Shown: positions 43,615-54,602 of the stretch, in pieces
How the letters are laid out: every line of letters starts with the position of its first letter
Numbering within the stretch: the first letter of the stretch is position 1
Assembly: GCA_963845755.1 (NCBI GenBank)
Contig: CAWJTV010000036.1
Span: 128,001 to 192,000 of the forward strand
Direction: 5' to 3'
Origin: an uncultured Planctomycetota bacterium
Lineage (GTDB): Bacteria; Planctomycetota; Planctomycetia; Isosphaerales; Isosphaeraceae
DNA length: 64,000 bases
Program-made: the position numbers and the translations under genes
The notes under the pieces: model-generated
The model's input: the letters and a program-made list of their open reading frames with translations, nothing else
What the model was told of the DNA's origin: nothing
Databases searched by the model: none

Positions 43615-44134
43615 GCGCGTGCGGGCCCATTGCCGTCTTCGGACTGCGCATCGGCCCGTGCGCGAGGCGGACAGCCTGGCGGGCCTGGGCCTTCTCGAAG
43701 CGGCTGCGGTCGGCTTCGGTCTCGATCAAGAGCGGCGGGGCGGGCCGCGGTCGCCGGCCGCTGTCATCCAGGGCCACATACAAGCCATAGCCCACGGCGA
43801 CCTTCCGCGGCTCGGGCCGCTCAAACGGCTCGGCGTAGATGTCGATCTGCGTCTCGATCGATGTCCGGCCCACGTAGGTCACCTCGGCGACGAACTCGAC
43901 GCGTTCGCCGACGTAGACCGGCGCCAGGAACGTGAACGAGTCGATCGCGGCGGTCGTGATCCGGCCCTTGCCGACATGTCGCAGGGCGCAAATCGCCCCG
44001 CATTCGTCGGCCATCCGCAGCAGCACGCCGCCGTGGAGCGTCCCGAAGGCGTTGGCCTGGCCCGGCTCGGTGATGATCGCCAGCCTAACCCGCGACGCCG
44101 ACGCCGGCCTGGCAGGGATCTCCTCCTCCAGCAT
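43611..44134 (-). CDS. Acyl-CoA thioesterase (hot-dog fold, YciA-like; frameshift near the 3' end)
   Basis: ANAFGTLHGGVLLRMADE, FLAPVYVGE, VTYVGRTS, YVALD; GGAGG RBS. Confidence 0.88.
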
Positions 44135-44218
44135 GACGGCCCTCCTTCCCGTGTCCCACAGCATAGCTTAACCCGGAACGATCGGGCTACAGGCTGAGTA
44201 CCGCAACACAAGGCCGCC

Positions 44219-44758
44219 ATGATTGATGACGCATTCCTCGAGTTGATCGAACCCGTCCTGAAAGAGGCGGGCTCCGTCCGGGAACCGGGCGAGGAGTTTC
44301 GCGTGCCGCCGCTGGACGTGCTCCAGTATTATCCCCGCATCGCGCGGTTAAACCGGCTGCCCATCCTGGGCCGGGCCTTGGGCGTGGTGATGGTGGTCCG
44401 GCAGCCGGTGGACATCGACGGCTCGCGATCGGGCTACGAACGCCTCCTGACCCGCCTGGCCATGGCCGCGAATGGGCGGTTCCCGCCCTGGAAGGGATGG
44501 GTCATCGGCCTGTCGGCGCTCGTCCTCACCCCCGAGCCGATCGGCCCGGGCGACGACGCCATGCTCCGCCAGGTGCTCGACGTCAGGCTCCGTCGAATGC
44601 GGGTCGTCCCGTTCGGATTATTCCGGATCAACCTCGGCCAGGAGGCAATCTCCCTGGCGATCAACGCCAGCCCCGACGGCCTCTTCCCCGAACCGGGCCG
44701 GTTAGCTGACGCCCTCTGCGAACACTTCCGGCGCTTCGTGCCCTTGATGGAGTTGTAG
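44219..44758 (+). CDS. Hypothetical protein (179 aa)
   Basis: Clean ORF with natural composition filling the gap between genes. Confidence 0.75.
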   Translation: MIDDAFLELIEPVLKEAGSVREPGEEFRVPPLDVLQYYPRIARLNRLPILGRALGVVMVVRQPVDIDGSRSGYERLLTRLAMAANGRFPPWKGWVIGLSALVLTPEPIGPGDDAMLRQVLDVRLRRMRVVPFGLFRINLGQEAISLAINASPDGLFPEPGRLADALCEHFRRFVPLMEL

Positions 44759-44816
44759 GGTGGTTGAAACCCGCCAGGAGTTCCGGTGCAGTCTTGGTGG
44801 GTTTCAGCCACTCTAC
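44755..44816. repeat. GTAG-type REP-like palindrome
   Basis: GTAGGGTGGTTGAAACCCGCC ... GGTGGGTTTCAGCCACTCTAC. Confidence 0.72.
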
Positions 44817-44829
44817 GGAAACTGCGCCA

Positions 44830-45498
44830 TCACGGCTTCGGCGGCCCCTCATAGTCCCAATCGAACGAGACCTCGAAGGGCTCCCACCACGGGGCGACGC
44901 CGGTGGCCGAGTCGGAGTGGCGCCCGAGGCCGCCCTTCCAGGGAGGCTCGATCCGGTAAGTCAGCGTATAGCGGCCGGCCTTGGGCATCGCGATCATCGC
45001 CCCATAGTGCAGGCCGTCGCGAGCGACCATCGGCGGCATCTTGGCGGGCGCCGGGGCGACAGAGTGGCTGGCTCCATCGCGCGGCGTGATCGTGTAATGC
45101 ACCACCAGGTAGGGAACAAACTCATCCTTGGCGAAGCCGTTGCGGTTCCCCGAGGTGGCGCGGATATCGGCCTCGAGGTGGATCACGTCCGATGCCGAGG
45201 GGCCGGCCATACCCTCCATCTGCACAGACGGCAGCCAGACCGCCGCGATTCGCATCTGGTTCCGCTCGACCTCCTCGCCGATCGGATACTCGCGGAAGCC
45301 GGGCGGCGGCCGGGAAGCGTTCGCATTGCCAGGCCCCGAAGGGGTCGAGGATGCACCACCATCGCTGGTCGTGGAATCGGGCGATCGCGGTGTTCGAGGA
45401 TCCCACCCCTTGGTGTTCAAGTTCAACGCCAGGATCACGAGCACGCCGCCGAGGATCAGCAAGACGACGATGGGGCCCCTCCAACGCTGAAGCATCAT
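44830..45498 (-). CDS. P19/FtrA/Tp34-family periplasmic iron-transport protein
   Basis: EYPIGE, IAAVWL, IHLEADI, NGF...FVPYL, PMVARDGLHYG, GRH...TGV; N-terminal hydrophobic anchor. Confidence 0.9.
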   Translation of the reverse strand: MMLQRWRGPIVVLLILGGVLVILALNLNTKGWDPRTPRSPDSTTSDGGASSTPSGPGNANASRPPPGFREYPIGEEVERNQMRIAAVWLPSVQMEGMAGPSASDVIHLEADIRATSGNRNGFAKDEFVPYLVVHYTITPRDGASHSVAPAPAKMPPMVARDGLHYGAMIAMPKAGRYTLTYRIEPPWKGGLGRHSDSATGVAPWWEPFEVSFDWDYEGPPKP

Positions 45499-45523
45499 CG
45501 GTCACCCTCTCGCAACGACGATA

Positions 45524-47835
45524 TCAGACGGGGATCGCCGTGGTCGTTCCGGAGCTGGTCGGCGGTGGTCCGGTCTTGGGTGCGGCGAGCGCGGCTCCTG
45601 GCATCACCGCCCAGCCCAGGAGGGCGCCGGCGACCAGGAACGCTTGGACCGAGGCAACCTGCAGATTGGGATAGAGACCCGCCAGGGGGAACCCGTTGCC
45701 CATCCACGTCAGGTGGGTCGTGATCAGGATGCCGGCATTCTGGAGCTCGAAGACGCCGTTGCCGGCGAAGACGACGGCCAGCACGAAGAGGAACATCCCG
45801 CTGAACTTGAAGAACGTGCGCAACGGCAGCCGCACGCTGGTCGCGCGGACCAGCACGGCGATGGCCGCCAGGATCACCAGGCCCACCGCGAAACCGGCGG
45901 CCAGGCCGAGGAGTCCGGGTCGGGTCTGTCCCTGACTGCCGAGGAGGGCCTGGTACATCAACGAGGTCTCGGCCCCCTCGCGATACACGGCCAGGAACGC
46001 CGTGACGGCCAGCGCGCCCCGGCCGCCCCATTCCAGCCCGCGCCGGGCCTGATGCTGGAGGAAGTCCATCCAGCGCTTGGCCTCGGCCTGCGAGACCAGC
46101 CAGTAGCTGACGTAGAACAACACGCCCGCGGCGACCAGCATCACGACCCCTTCGAGGATCTCGCGTGCCCGGCCCTGCATCGAGGAGACCATCAGGTTCA
46201 AGGCCGCCGCGGTCGCCAGGCTGGCGATGACGGCGAGCGCCACACCGTACCCGATGGCCCGCATCGCCCGCGGCGGTTTGTGGCATGATCCGCCGCCTCG
46301 TCTCTCGACATCGTGCCCGCGGGCGCAGCCTTGGCGACCAGGGTGATGAGCATGGCCAGGACCAGGATGACCTCGACCCCTTCGCGGACGATCGTGATGA
46401 GCGACTCGACGAAAGCCGTTCCGAAGGTCCCCACCGGCTTGGCCTCGAGCCGGGCGACGAGATCTCCGACCTCGACGGTCAGTTGATCGAGCCGGCCTGC
46501 GAGTTTCTCGCCCTTGAGCCCGGCGGTCAGGTCACCACGGAGGGCGTTGAACTGGACCTCCAGCGGCCGGACCGACTGCGGGCTGCGACCGTACAGGTAT
46601 CGCTCCAGTAGCTCGAATTCCCTCATGTACACCGTCGTTAGTTCGGAGGCGGCTTCGTCCGGACCATTCTCCTCGGCCACTTGCTTGATGTGGTCGAACC
46701 CGCGCCGAAGGGCCTGGAGAAGTGGCGTCGGGTCTTTCGGAATATCGGTCCCCGTCGACGCAAAGGGCCTGAGATCCGCGGTTGCCGCACCGACCGCGTC
46801 GATTCGCGACCCGTCGGTCACCCCCTTGGTGTCGAGTTCCCGGGCCGCGCTGACCAGGTCGAGGAGAAGAGTGTGGCTCAAGTCGTCGAGGGTTGACGCG
46901 GGACGGCGATGCTCGGCCACGTCGCGGACCGCCGCGCGATACTGGCGGAATTGCTCTTCGATCGTGCCGGACCTCACGTACCCCAGGTGCCGTCGTACGG
47001 CGGTCTCCATGTCCGAGGCTTCAAATTCGGCGAAGTAGGCGTCGTCGGCCAGCCGCCGCGCCCTGGCCAGCTCGCCGGTGCGGGTTGCGGCCTGCCGGCT
47101 CTCCTGCAGGATCACGCTAATCCGGTCGATCACCTCGGGCCACTTGCGCACGGGCAACGCTTCAGCCGTCGCCCGGACCGGGTTGGATGGCCCGGTCAGC
47201 ACCAGCACCGGAAGCTCGGGCGCCTTGCCGTCCTTGACGACGATCTCCCGCCGCAACGACTCGCCCATCTCATGCCAGGCCGTGAGTACGTATCGACCGT
47301 CCGGGACCCCATCCAGCCGGAACCTGCCCTCCCGCGAGCACACCTGAACCCAAGGGCTCGGGCTGACCACCACGAAGCCCCGCATGTGGCTGTGGATGTC
47401 GCATGCCAGGATCATCACCCCGGTCCGGTCCGGTATGAAGTCCACGGCGTTCCCCGGCCCCATCGATTGGTTGAATGCGAACCCCAGCGTGAGGATGTGG
47501 ACGTTGTGATTCTCACTGTCCTGATTCGTGAACCGCACCCTCTGCCCCAAGACAATCGCCTGCACGCGCGGCGTGAACTGCAACCCGCGCTGATTCACCA
47601 GTGCAATCTCACCTGAGATCGATGAGACTGACTTCTGCTCGCCCGCCTCACCCTCCACACCCACCGGCGACAGGTAGACCACCGCCGGACTGACCGACGG
47701 CGAGCAGATGTCCGGCATCTGCACGATGCCCGAGACCTCCGCGCCGGAGCTCGCCACACCGCTGAATCCACCCAGTAACAGCCCGAAGAGGACCGCTGTT
47801 TCTCCCCGCCGGCTCGACTTTCCTTCGCGTCGCAT
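45524..47835 (-). CDS. FTR1-family iron permease with N-terminal cupredoxin and helical periplasmic domains (frameshift ~46280)
   Basis: HNVH...CDIHSHM (type-1 Cu ligands); REGVE and REGAE (RExxE) motifs; FYVSYWL; hydrophobic C-terminus. Confidence 0.88.
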
Positions 47836-47888
47836 CGCGCCCTCACCTGGTCAAGACGCTTCCTAGCATCGTCTGAGACGGCATTGCA

Positions 47889-47907
47889 ATTGAGATTCAG
47901 TCTCAAT
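47889..47907. promoter_or_regulatory. Fur-like box
   Basis: ATTGAGA-TTCAG-TCTCAAT 19-bp palindrome (extends to TGCA..TGCA) just upstream of the iron uptake operon. Confidence 0.75.
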
Positions 47908-47915
47908 GCAAAATC

Positions 47916-47945
47916 ATTATAAACGCGCGGAGGGGTGTCCGTCAA
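47916..47945 (-). promoter_or_regulatory. Sigma70 promoter of the FTR1/P19 operon
   Basis: Minus strand TTGACG-N18-TATAAT, with the Fur-like box at the expected start site. Confidence 0.7.
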
Positions 47946-48129
47946 CGAGTTGATGAATCCACCACGCGGATTCTGGTCTTGGGGAGTGCGATTTTCGGAG
48001 CAGACGGGTCATGATGTTGACTGAGTGTTGGTGAAGACGGCTTGCCTGGCCGATGAAGCGAACCGGAAGATGGTGATTCGATCCGTTGCGAAACTTGCTT
48101 CAGAACAGGACAGGGACGAGTTTCCGTCG

Positions 48130-48831
48130 ATGCATCCACTGCCAACAGTTGGGACGGCATACCACGGTCCGGTCGTGGTGATGAGGTTCGAATTCGGGGG
48201 CCGTGCGATCCGGTTGGTGCGGCCGACGGACCCGGACCGGCTACTCGACGAATCCACGGTCCACGACTGGAATCGCCGGGATGATTACATGCCGTACTGG
48301 GCCTACCTCTGGCCGGCGGCCTACCTGCTGGCCGAGGCCGTGGCATGCGAGGACTGGGCTGAGAAGGTCGAAGTGCTGGAGATCGGCTGCGGTTTGGGAC
48401 TGGCCGGGCTGGTTGGGCTAGGGCGCGGCTTGCACGTCCAATTCTCCGATTACGATCCGGCGCCGCTGAATTTCGTCACGCGATCCGCGACCGAGAACGG
48501 CTTCGACCCGAGCCGGTTCACGACCCGTCTCCTGGACTGGCGCAACCCGCCAGATGAGATGTTTCCGGTCATCCTGGGTGCTGACGTGATCTACGAGGCC
48601 CGGCTGGTACCGTTAGTGGCCGGCCTGCTTGGCAAGATGCTGAAACCCGGAGGCATCGGACTGATCGCCAGCCCGTATCGCGTGGCCGCGGAGCGGTTCC
48701 CGGACGCTGTCAACTCGTTGGGACTCCTCTGCCGCGCCGCGCCCATGACCACTCAGGCCGAGGACGGCCAACCGATTCGGGGCACGATCTACCGAGTCAG
48801 GCGCCCCGATTCGACTTCAGGGTGCCGATGA
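48130..48831 (+). CDS. Class I SAM-dependent methyltransferase (Methyltransf_16 type)
   Basis: MPYWAYLWPAA, VLEIGCGLGLAG, FSDYD, LDWR, ILGADVIYE. Confidence 0.88.
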   Translation: MHPLPTVGTAYHGPVVVMRFEFGGRAIRLVRPTDPDRLLDESTVHDWNRRDDYMPYWAYLWPAAYLLAEAVACEDWAEKVEVLEIGCGLGLAGLVGLGRGLHVQFSDYDPAPLNFVTRSATENGFDPSRFTTRLLDWRNPPDEMFPVILGADVIYEARLVPLVAGLLGKMLKPGGIGLIASPYRVAAERFPDAVNSLGLLCRAAPMTTQAEDGQPIRGTIYRVRRPDSTSGCR

Positions 48832-49719
48832 CCGCGCGGAGGTCCGAAACCCCATGCGCATCGAGGCGGGCGGTCAGGTCGTCGAGCAACCGTTCGGAGG
48901 CGGCGGGGTCGTAGAACGTCGCGGTGCCGACCTGAATGGCCGAGGCGCCGGCGACGAGGAACTCGAGGGCGTCGTCGGCGGTGGCGATCCCGCCAATGCC
49001 GATGATCGGCAGGCCGGGCAATGCGCGGGCGACGTCCCAGACCATCCGCAGGGCGATCGGCTTGATCGCCGGTCCCGACAGCCCCCCGACGTCGTAAGCC
49101 AGGATCGGCCGGCGTTGCGCCAGTCGACGGCCATGCCGCGGAGGGTATTGATCAGGCTGATGGCATCGGCGCCGGCATCGGCCGCGGCGGCGGCGATCGG
49201 CACGACGTCGGTCACGTTCGGCGTCAGCTTGGCGATGATCGGCAACGGGCAGGCGGCGCGGACTCGCTGCACCAGACGGCCCACGGAGCTGGCGTCAATT
49301 CCGAGGTCCAGCCCATGGCTGACGTTCGGGCAGGAGATGTTCAGCTCGATCGCCGCCAGGCCCGGCTCGGCGCCCAGCATCTCGGCCATCGCGACGAATT
49401 GATCTTCGTCCTCGCCGGCGATGTTCGCGATCACCGCCGTGCCCACCGTGCGGAGGTACGGTAGATGATGCTCGATGAAGTGTGCGATGCCGTCGTTGTC
49501 CAGGCCGATCGCGTTGAGCAGGCCCGATGCGGTCTCGACCGTGCGCGGGGTCGGGTTCCCCGCCCGGGCCCGGAACGTCACCGTTTTGGGGATCACCCCC
49601 CCTAGCCGCTCCAGGCGCACGAACGACGCCACCTCGCGGACATAGCCGAAGGTCCCCGACGCCACGAGCACCGGATTCTCCAGCGCCAGCCGTCCCAGTT
49701 TCACCCGCAGGTCAACCAA
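48797..49719 (-). CDS. pyrD: Dihydroorotate dehydrogenase family 1 (frameshift ~49115)
   Basis: NPVLVASGTFGY, KTVT, GNPTPR, LNAIGL, ELNISCPNV, KLTPNVTD, SLINT, IIGIGGI, GASAIQVGTA; TTG start after GGAG. Confidence 0.93.
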
Positions 49720-49851
49720 ATCCGCGCTCCTGTCCGCTTCCGAACAGAGATGCCACCCGCCACATACTCTTGCCGCATGCGGCCGCGATTGTCTACGCTG
49801 AAAAACCTCGAGGGTCCGCAAGGATTTCCATCCGCATGAAAGTATTTTTCC

Positions 49852-50649
49852 ATGAATGATTTGCTCGACCTGTCCTCCGAGCTGGAATTCGTCAAGGCCT
49901 TGGCCCAGGAGGCGGCCGGTGTGGCCCTGGCACGCTGTCGAGGGGTCACGCCCCACGAGAAGTCGAATCTCACCTACGTGACCGACCTCGACCAGGACCT
50001 GGAGCGTCTGATCCGCGGGCGGCTGGGGGCGCGGTTCCCCGATGATGGCTTGACCGGCGAGGAATACTGCGCCGAGGGGGGCAGCGGTCCGCGTCGATGG
50101 TCGATCGACCCGATCGACGGCACGGGGAACCTGGTCCACGGCCTGCCGCTGTGGGCCATAAGCATCGGCCTGATCGTCGAGGGGGAGCCCGTAATGGGTG
50201 TGATTGCCGTCCCGCCGCTGGGGGAGCTGTTCTGGGCCGTCAAGGGGGGCGGGGCCTGGCTCGATGGCCATCGGCTCATGGCCCGCGACGCCGACAGCTT
50301 TCACAACCAGGATAATGTCTGCGTGGGCACCAATGCCCTGCGGGCCGTCGACCCGCGAACCCTGCCCGGCCGGCTCCGCGACCTGGGCAGCGCCTGTTGC
50401 GAGCAGACGTTCGTCGCCGCCAACCGCCTCCAGGCGTGCACCTTCCTCGGCGAGGCCACCCACGACATCGCCGCCGGAACCGTCATCGCCGTCGAGGCCG
50501 GCTGCCAGTTCGGCACAATCGCCGGCGAACGCCTCAGCCCCGCCGAGATGATCCGGCGGACGCCCATCACCTGCCCCACGTTCGTCGCCGCACCCCGGCG
50601 CCTCGAGGCCCTCATGACCATGGCGCGGCTTCTGACCACGAACCACTAA
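49852..50649 (+). CDS. Inositol monophosphatase family protein
   Basis: VTDLD, GEE, WSIDPIDGTGN, GSA, HDIAAG. Confidence 0.92.
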   Translation: MNDLLDLSSELEFVKALAQEAAGVALARCRGVTPHEKSNLTYVTDLDQDLERLIRGRLGARFPDDGLTGEEYCAEGGSGPRRWSIDPIDGTGNLVHGLPLWAISIGLIVEGEPVMGVIAVPPLGELFWAVKGGGAWLDGHRLMARDADSFHNQDNVCVGTNALRAVDPRTLPGRLRDLGSACCEQTFVAANRLQACTFLGEATHDIAAGTVIAVEAGCQFGTIAGERLSPAEMIRRTPITCPTFVAAPRRLEALMTMARLLTTNH

Positions 50650-50675
50650 CCTTTCACCACGGACCACTACGAACC

Positions 50676-51122
50676 ATGGGCCACTGGGGCGTGAAAAGCT
50701 ACGAGAACGACGAGGCGCACGACGCCTTGGATGCCGGTTTCGACCGGGTCCATGGTGCGCGTTACGAAGAGCTGATGGACGACCGCAACCCGCTGACGTA
50801 CGAACAGGTTCAGCAGCAACTTGCGGACACTCGGACGCTCGAAGCGTCGATCGCGGCCCTGTGGGATTGGCTGGGATCGGAGATCGCGCCGGAGGCCTGG
50901 GACGACTCGGCCCGGTTGGCCCTGGCAGGGATCGTGGTGCGGCACGCCGAGCTGAAAATCCCCATCCCCGACGAGTGGCGGCAGCGCGCGATCGACTGGC
51001 TGGAACGCGAGGAGATCGACTGGCACGAGGCGACGGAGCGTCGGCTACGGCGGCAGAAGGAGGTGGACCTGCTGCGCCGCGCACCTGGAGCCAAGGGGCC
51101 GAGCGCGGGTCCGGAGACGTAA
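50676..51122 (+). CDS. DUF4259-like hypothetical protein
   Basis: MGHWGVKSYENDEAHD resembles the MGxWG...NDxAxD start of DUF4259. Confidence 0.7.
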   Translation: MGHWGVKSYENDEAHDALDAGFDRVHGARYEELMDDRNPLTYEQVQQQLADTRTLEASIAALWDWLGSEIAPEAWDDSARLALAGIVVRHAELKIPIPDEWRQRAIDWLEREEIDWHEATERRLRRQKEVDLLRRAPGAKGPSAGPET

Positions 51123-51195
51123 CTCCAGTTGGCGCGGGAGGGAAGATTACGATAGATTCGCGTTTCACGAGGGACTCACAAGGAGGTTTGCCCCT

Positions 51196-52953
51196 ATGGC
51201 CACGGCACCCACGGGATGGGTCGAGCTGGCGTCGTCGCCGGTCGATAAGCGGCAGTCGCAGTCGGATCGCGCACCGGTTGAACAGCCGGTGCGAAGGCCG
51301 GAACTCCGGAGCGGCATCCTCCTCGTCGTCGCCTTGGTCCCTGCCGTGGCCGCGATCTGGACCGTCTCCTGCTTCTCGACCCAGGACGGTCCGGCCCACG
51401 TCTACAATGCCCAGGTCCTCGCCTGGTCGTTCAGCTCCGGCTCGCCGTTCCGGGAGGTTTACACGATCCGCTGGCAGCCGATCCCGAACTGGATCGGCCA
51501 TCTGGCGCTGGCGAGCCTGGCGGCGATCTTGCCGGCATGGGCCGCGGACCGGATCCTGATCAGCGTGACGCTTGCCGGATTCGCGGTGGCCATCTTCTGG
51601 CTGCGCGGACGTGTTGCCGGCGCACGGTATCGGACCGGTGCGGCCTTGATGGCGGTCCTGCTGGCCATGAACATCACCTGGCTGTTCGGGTTCTATGGCT
51701 TCATGCTCGGCGCCTGCCTGTTCCCGATCACGCTGGGATACTGGTGGCCGCATCGCGACGACCTGCGCATCGGCCGGATCGTTGGTCTGTCGGCGCTGCT
51801 GGTCCTCGGCTACTTCTGCCATCTTGTGGGCCTCGGGCTGACGGTGCTGGGCCTGGTCATCCTCGCCCTGTTCAGTCCACCGTCGCCGCCGGCCCGGAGC
51901 TTCGCGTCGTCGCGATGGCGCCGGCGCTTCGCACCCCTGGCGGTCTGCTTCCTGCCGCTGGTCCCACTCGGGCTGGTCTATCTCGGACTGGCGCACCGAG
52001 GCGGACCCATCCACCCGTTCTGGGGCAACCTCGCCGATCCGTTCTCGCCCTCGGCCTGGAAGGCGCAGTTCACCTGGGCGGATCCGCTGACGTTGTCGCG
52101 GAAAGACGTCCTGCCGTTCACCGATCGCGTCAGCCGGGCGTTCATCCTCTTCGCGCCGGTGGTGTGGCTGGTGGCGGCGCTGTTCATCTGGGGATTCGCC
52201 GCGGTCGCAACTCGACTGCGGTGCCGGGTCGCTACGGCGCCCGACGATCGTCGGGGGTGGCGGATCCTGGCAGTCCTGCTGATCGCCGCCGGCTTGGCGG
52301 GCCCCGATACCCTCGGTGCGGATCACGGCGAGTATCTCTCTCAGCGCGTGGTACTGTGCGGCCTGGTCGCTCTGACCGTCGTTGTCGATCTCGACACCCG
52401 GAGATGGTCCGGCCGCGCCGCGACCGCCGCCCTGATGGCGGCCGTCGCCCTCCAGTCGGCGATCGTCTGGGATTACGCCCTCTACTCCGATCGTACCGCC
52501 GGCCAGATCCTCCGCGCCCGCGACACCGCCGGTCGCGGAAAGCGCATCGCGGTGCTGCCGGCCGCGATCCGTAGTCGGTTCCGCGCCAATCCCCTGCTCC
52601 ACGCCGGCAACTGGCTGGGCGTCAACTCCGGCAATGTCGTCTGGAACAACTACGAGACCCGGCACTATTACTTCCCCGTGCAATTCCGGCCCGGGATCGA
52701 TCGTCCGCACCCCGATGAGCTGGAGTTTGCCATCAGACATGATGATCCGCGTGAGAGGGCCTTCCGCGCACGAGAGTGGGAACGCATCCTCTTCCGCCAC
52801 GCGGATTCGATCGACGAGCTGATCGTCTACAAGAGCGAGCCGCGACTCGACGCCGTCACCGAGCGGTGGTTCCACCTGGTCGCGCGCCGGGGCGATGTCC
52901 GGATCTTCCATCGAAACCCGGATCGTGAATCGGAGTCCTCGCCCTCCCTTTGA
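51196..52953 (+). CDS. Polytopic membrane protein (possibly GT-C-like)
   Basis: AGGAGG RBS, about 10 hydrophobic segments, QDGPAH loop after the first TM, soluble C-terminal domain. Confidence 0.8.
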   Translation: MATAPTGWVELASSPVDKRQSQSDRAPVEQPVRRPELRSGILLVVALVPAVAAIWTVSCFSTQDGPAHVYNAQVLAWSFSSGSPFREVYTIRWQPIPNWIGHLALASLAAILPAWAADRILISVTLAGFAVAIFWLRGRVAGARYRTGAALMAVLLAMNITWLFGFYGFMLGACLFPITLGYWWPHRDDLRIGRIVGLSALLVLGYFCHLVGLGLTVLGLVILALFSPPSPPARSFASSRWRRRFAPLAVCFLPLVPLGLVYLGLAHRGGPIHPFWGNLADPFSPSAWKAQFTWADPLTLSRKDVLPFTDRVSRAFILFAPVVWLVAALFIWGFAAVATRLRCRVATAPDDRRGWRILAVLLIAAGLAGPDTLGADHGEYLSQRVVLCGLVALTVVVDLDTRRWSGRAATAALMAAVALQSAIVWDYALYSDRTAGQILRARDTAGRGKRIAVLPAAIRSRFRANPLLHAGNWLGVNSGNVVWNNYETRHYYFPVQFRPGIDRPHPDELEFAIRHDDPRERAFRAREWERILFRHADSIDELIVYKSEPRLDAVTERWFHLVARRGDVRIFHRNPDRESESSPSL

Positions 52954-53615
52954 GAATGGTGGCGCCCACCGCGGATCGTGACACGGGTTGGCACTTATGG
53001 GCCGTAATTTGACGGGTCGCCCTCGCCGATCTCGCTGGCCCGGAACGAGTTCGGGATGAGTGCGTCCCGGCGAGGTCCGGTCCGGTTTTCGACCCGCGGC
53101 ATTCGGAATGCGGACGTCGGAATGTTGAGGTTTGTCCACGAGATCGATCTCTGCAGGCCCATGGCGGCGCTGGGAGGTGGTGCAGCATGGCGCCCTATTT
53201 AATAGGATGCCTCAGCTTTGGAAAACCGTTAATGCACCTAGTCCCGAAATCGGGGATTTGGACATCCGAACTCTTGATCACAGCAAGGGTTAAGAAAAGC
53301 GAAAAAAATTATTTGATGGGGGATTGCGCACCGCCATCCGCGCACGATGAATCGGGCGTCGAGACAGGGAAGCCCCCACCGACGAACCCACGTCCTCTCC
53401 CATGCCGCCGGCGCGGAAATCGGTGATGTTCGGCGGAGCCTTCATCGGTTCCCGCCTCGCGAACGCGTTGTGATCGGCGATCGCACGATGCGCGTCACGT
53501 CACTGCGACCCGAAGGGCGAGCGGAATCCGTTTCCCGCGAATCACGGCGGGATCGACCTCCGCCAACACGCCGGCGCGGTCGAGCGTGACCAGCGTCCTG
53601 CTCCATGCGATCCGG

Positions 53616-54512
53616 TCAGTCTTGAAGCGCGGCGTCCTCGGGCATTGTTCGACCCATGTACAACTCGACATTAGCCGGTGTGCTGATCAATGGCACGTTC
53701 CAGATCGGTTTCCCATCGAGAAGGGCTGTCTCTTCAACATTGGACAGCCGCGCGAAGGCATAACGCCAGGTGCGGATCTTCGCGTCCTCCGACCATGCCT
53801 CGAGGATCAAGAGAACGTTGGGATTGGTCGCGCCGACGAAAGCGAACAGCATCCCATCCAGCAGGCCCGCCTCGGGATCGCCATACCGGTCCAGCGGTTG
53901 GGTCAGCAGTCGCTGCTGGATCCGGCCTGGCTTCGGAGCCTGGAGGCTGACCGAGAACCGCCGGGCAATGGCCCGGGCCTGGGTGAGGCGCTGGGCCGTC
54001 GAGCCGGCTGGCGTCGGCGCATCGGGGACGGCCCGCGGCTGGAGATCGCCCGGTGGTCGGGATGACCAGCGCCGGCCATCGCCAAACTCGACCTCGATGG
54101 TCTTCGGCGACAACGCGGAGACATTGAAAACCCAAACCCTCTGACCTGATGTCCGCCCCAGCAATCCCAGCTTCAGCACGGCGGCCGGCCGGCCGCGCTC
54201 ACCCCAACGCCACAGGGTCCCATCGACCGCGTGCGTGAGGGGATTGCTGTACCGGAGGAGCGGCTCCGATCGGAGCGGCTGCGGCGGTCCCGGCTTCCTG
54301 TCGGTGATCTCGTAGACCTTGATCTCCTTGGCCAGCCGCCGCATCGTCTCCAGCCGCAACGCCGATTTGTCGCGGTCCGCCGCGTCGTCCTGGGCCGAGG
54401 CGGCGGGTCCGATGAGGGCCGCCAGCAGGGCCAGGAACGATCGCCTCGTGGGCTGGCACAGGTCATCAACACGGAGGCCCGGTGGTTCGTGCCTGATCGC
54501 TGTTACCGTCAT
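53616..54512 (-). CDS. Exported hypothetical protein (Tat signal)
   Basis: TRRSFLALLAAL...ASA signal; PLLRYSNP...DGTLWRW, PLDRY...DGMLFAFV..TNP; protein-like composition. Confidence 0.8.
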   Translation of the reverse strand: MTVTAIRHEPPGLRVDDLCQPTRRSFLALLAALIGPAASAQDDAADRDKSALRLETMRRLAKEIKVYEITDRKPGPPQPLRSEPLLRYSNPLTHAVDGTLWRWGERGRPAAVLKLGLLGRTSGQRVWVFNVSALSPKTIEVEFGDGRRWSSRPPGDLQPRAVPDAPTPAGSTAQRLTQARAIARRFSVSLQAPKPGRIQQRLLTQPLDRYGDPEAGLLDGMLFAFVGATNPNVLLILEAWSEDAKIRTWRYAFARLSNVEETALLDGKPIWNVPLISTPANVELYMGRTMPEDAALQD

Positions 54513-54602
54513 GGGACCCCCCCTGGAGGTGTATTGAAGACGCTCGGCAATGCGCGCGTTCGGAACGCGAGGTCGCTTCCCATCATATCGTTTCGGGCCG
54601 GA

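Noticed and set aside
50635..50675. ACCAC(G/T)A-type heptamer repeats (similar AAGGCTG repeats at ~43005)
   Set aside because: Short degenerate intergenic simple repeats with no evidence of function.
48874..53139. 1421-aa minus-strand ORF
   Set aside because: Only the last ~280 codons overlap pyrD; the rest is the antisense of IMPase, the DUF4259-like gene and the membrane protein.
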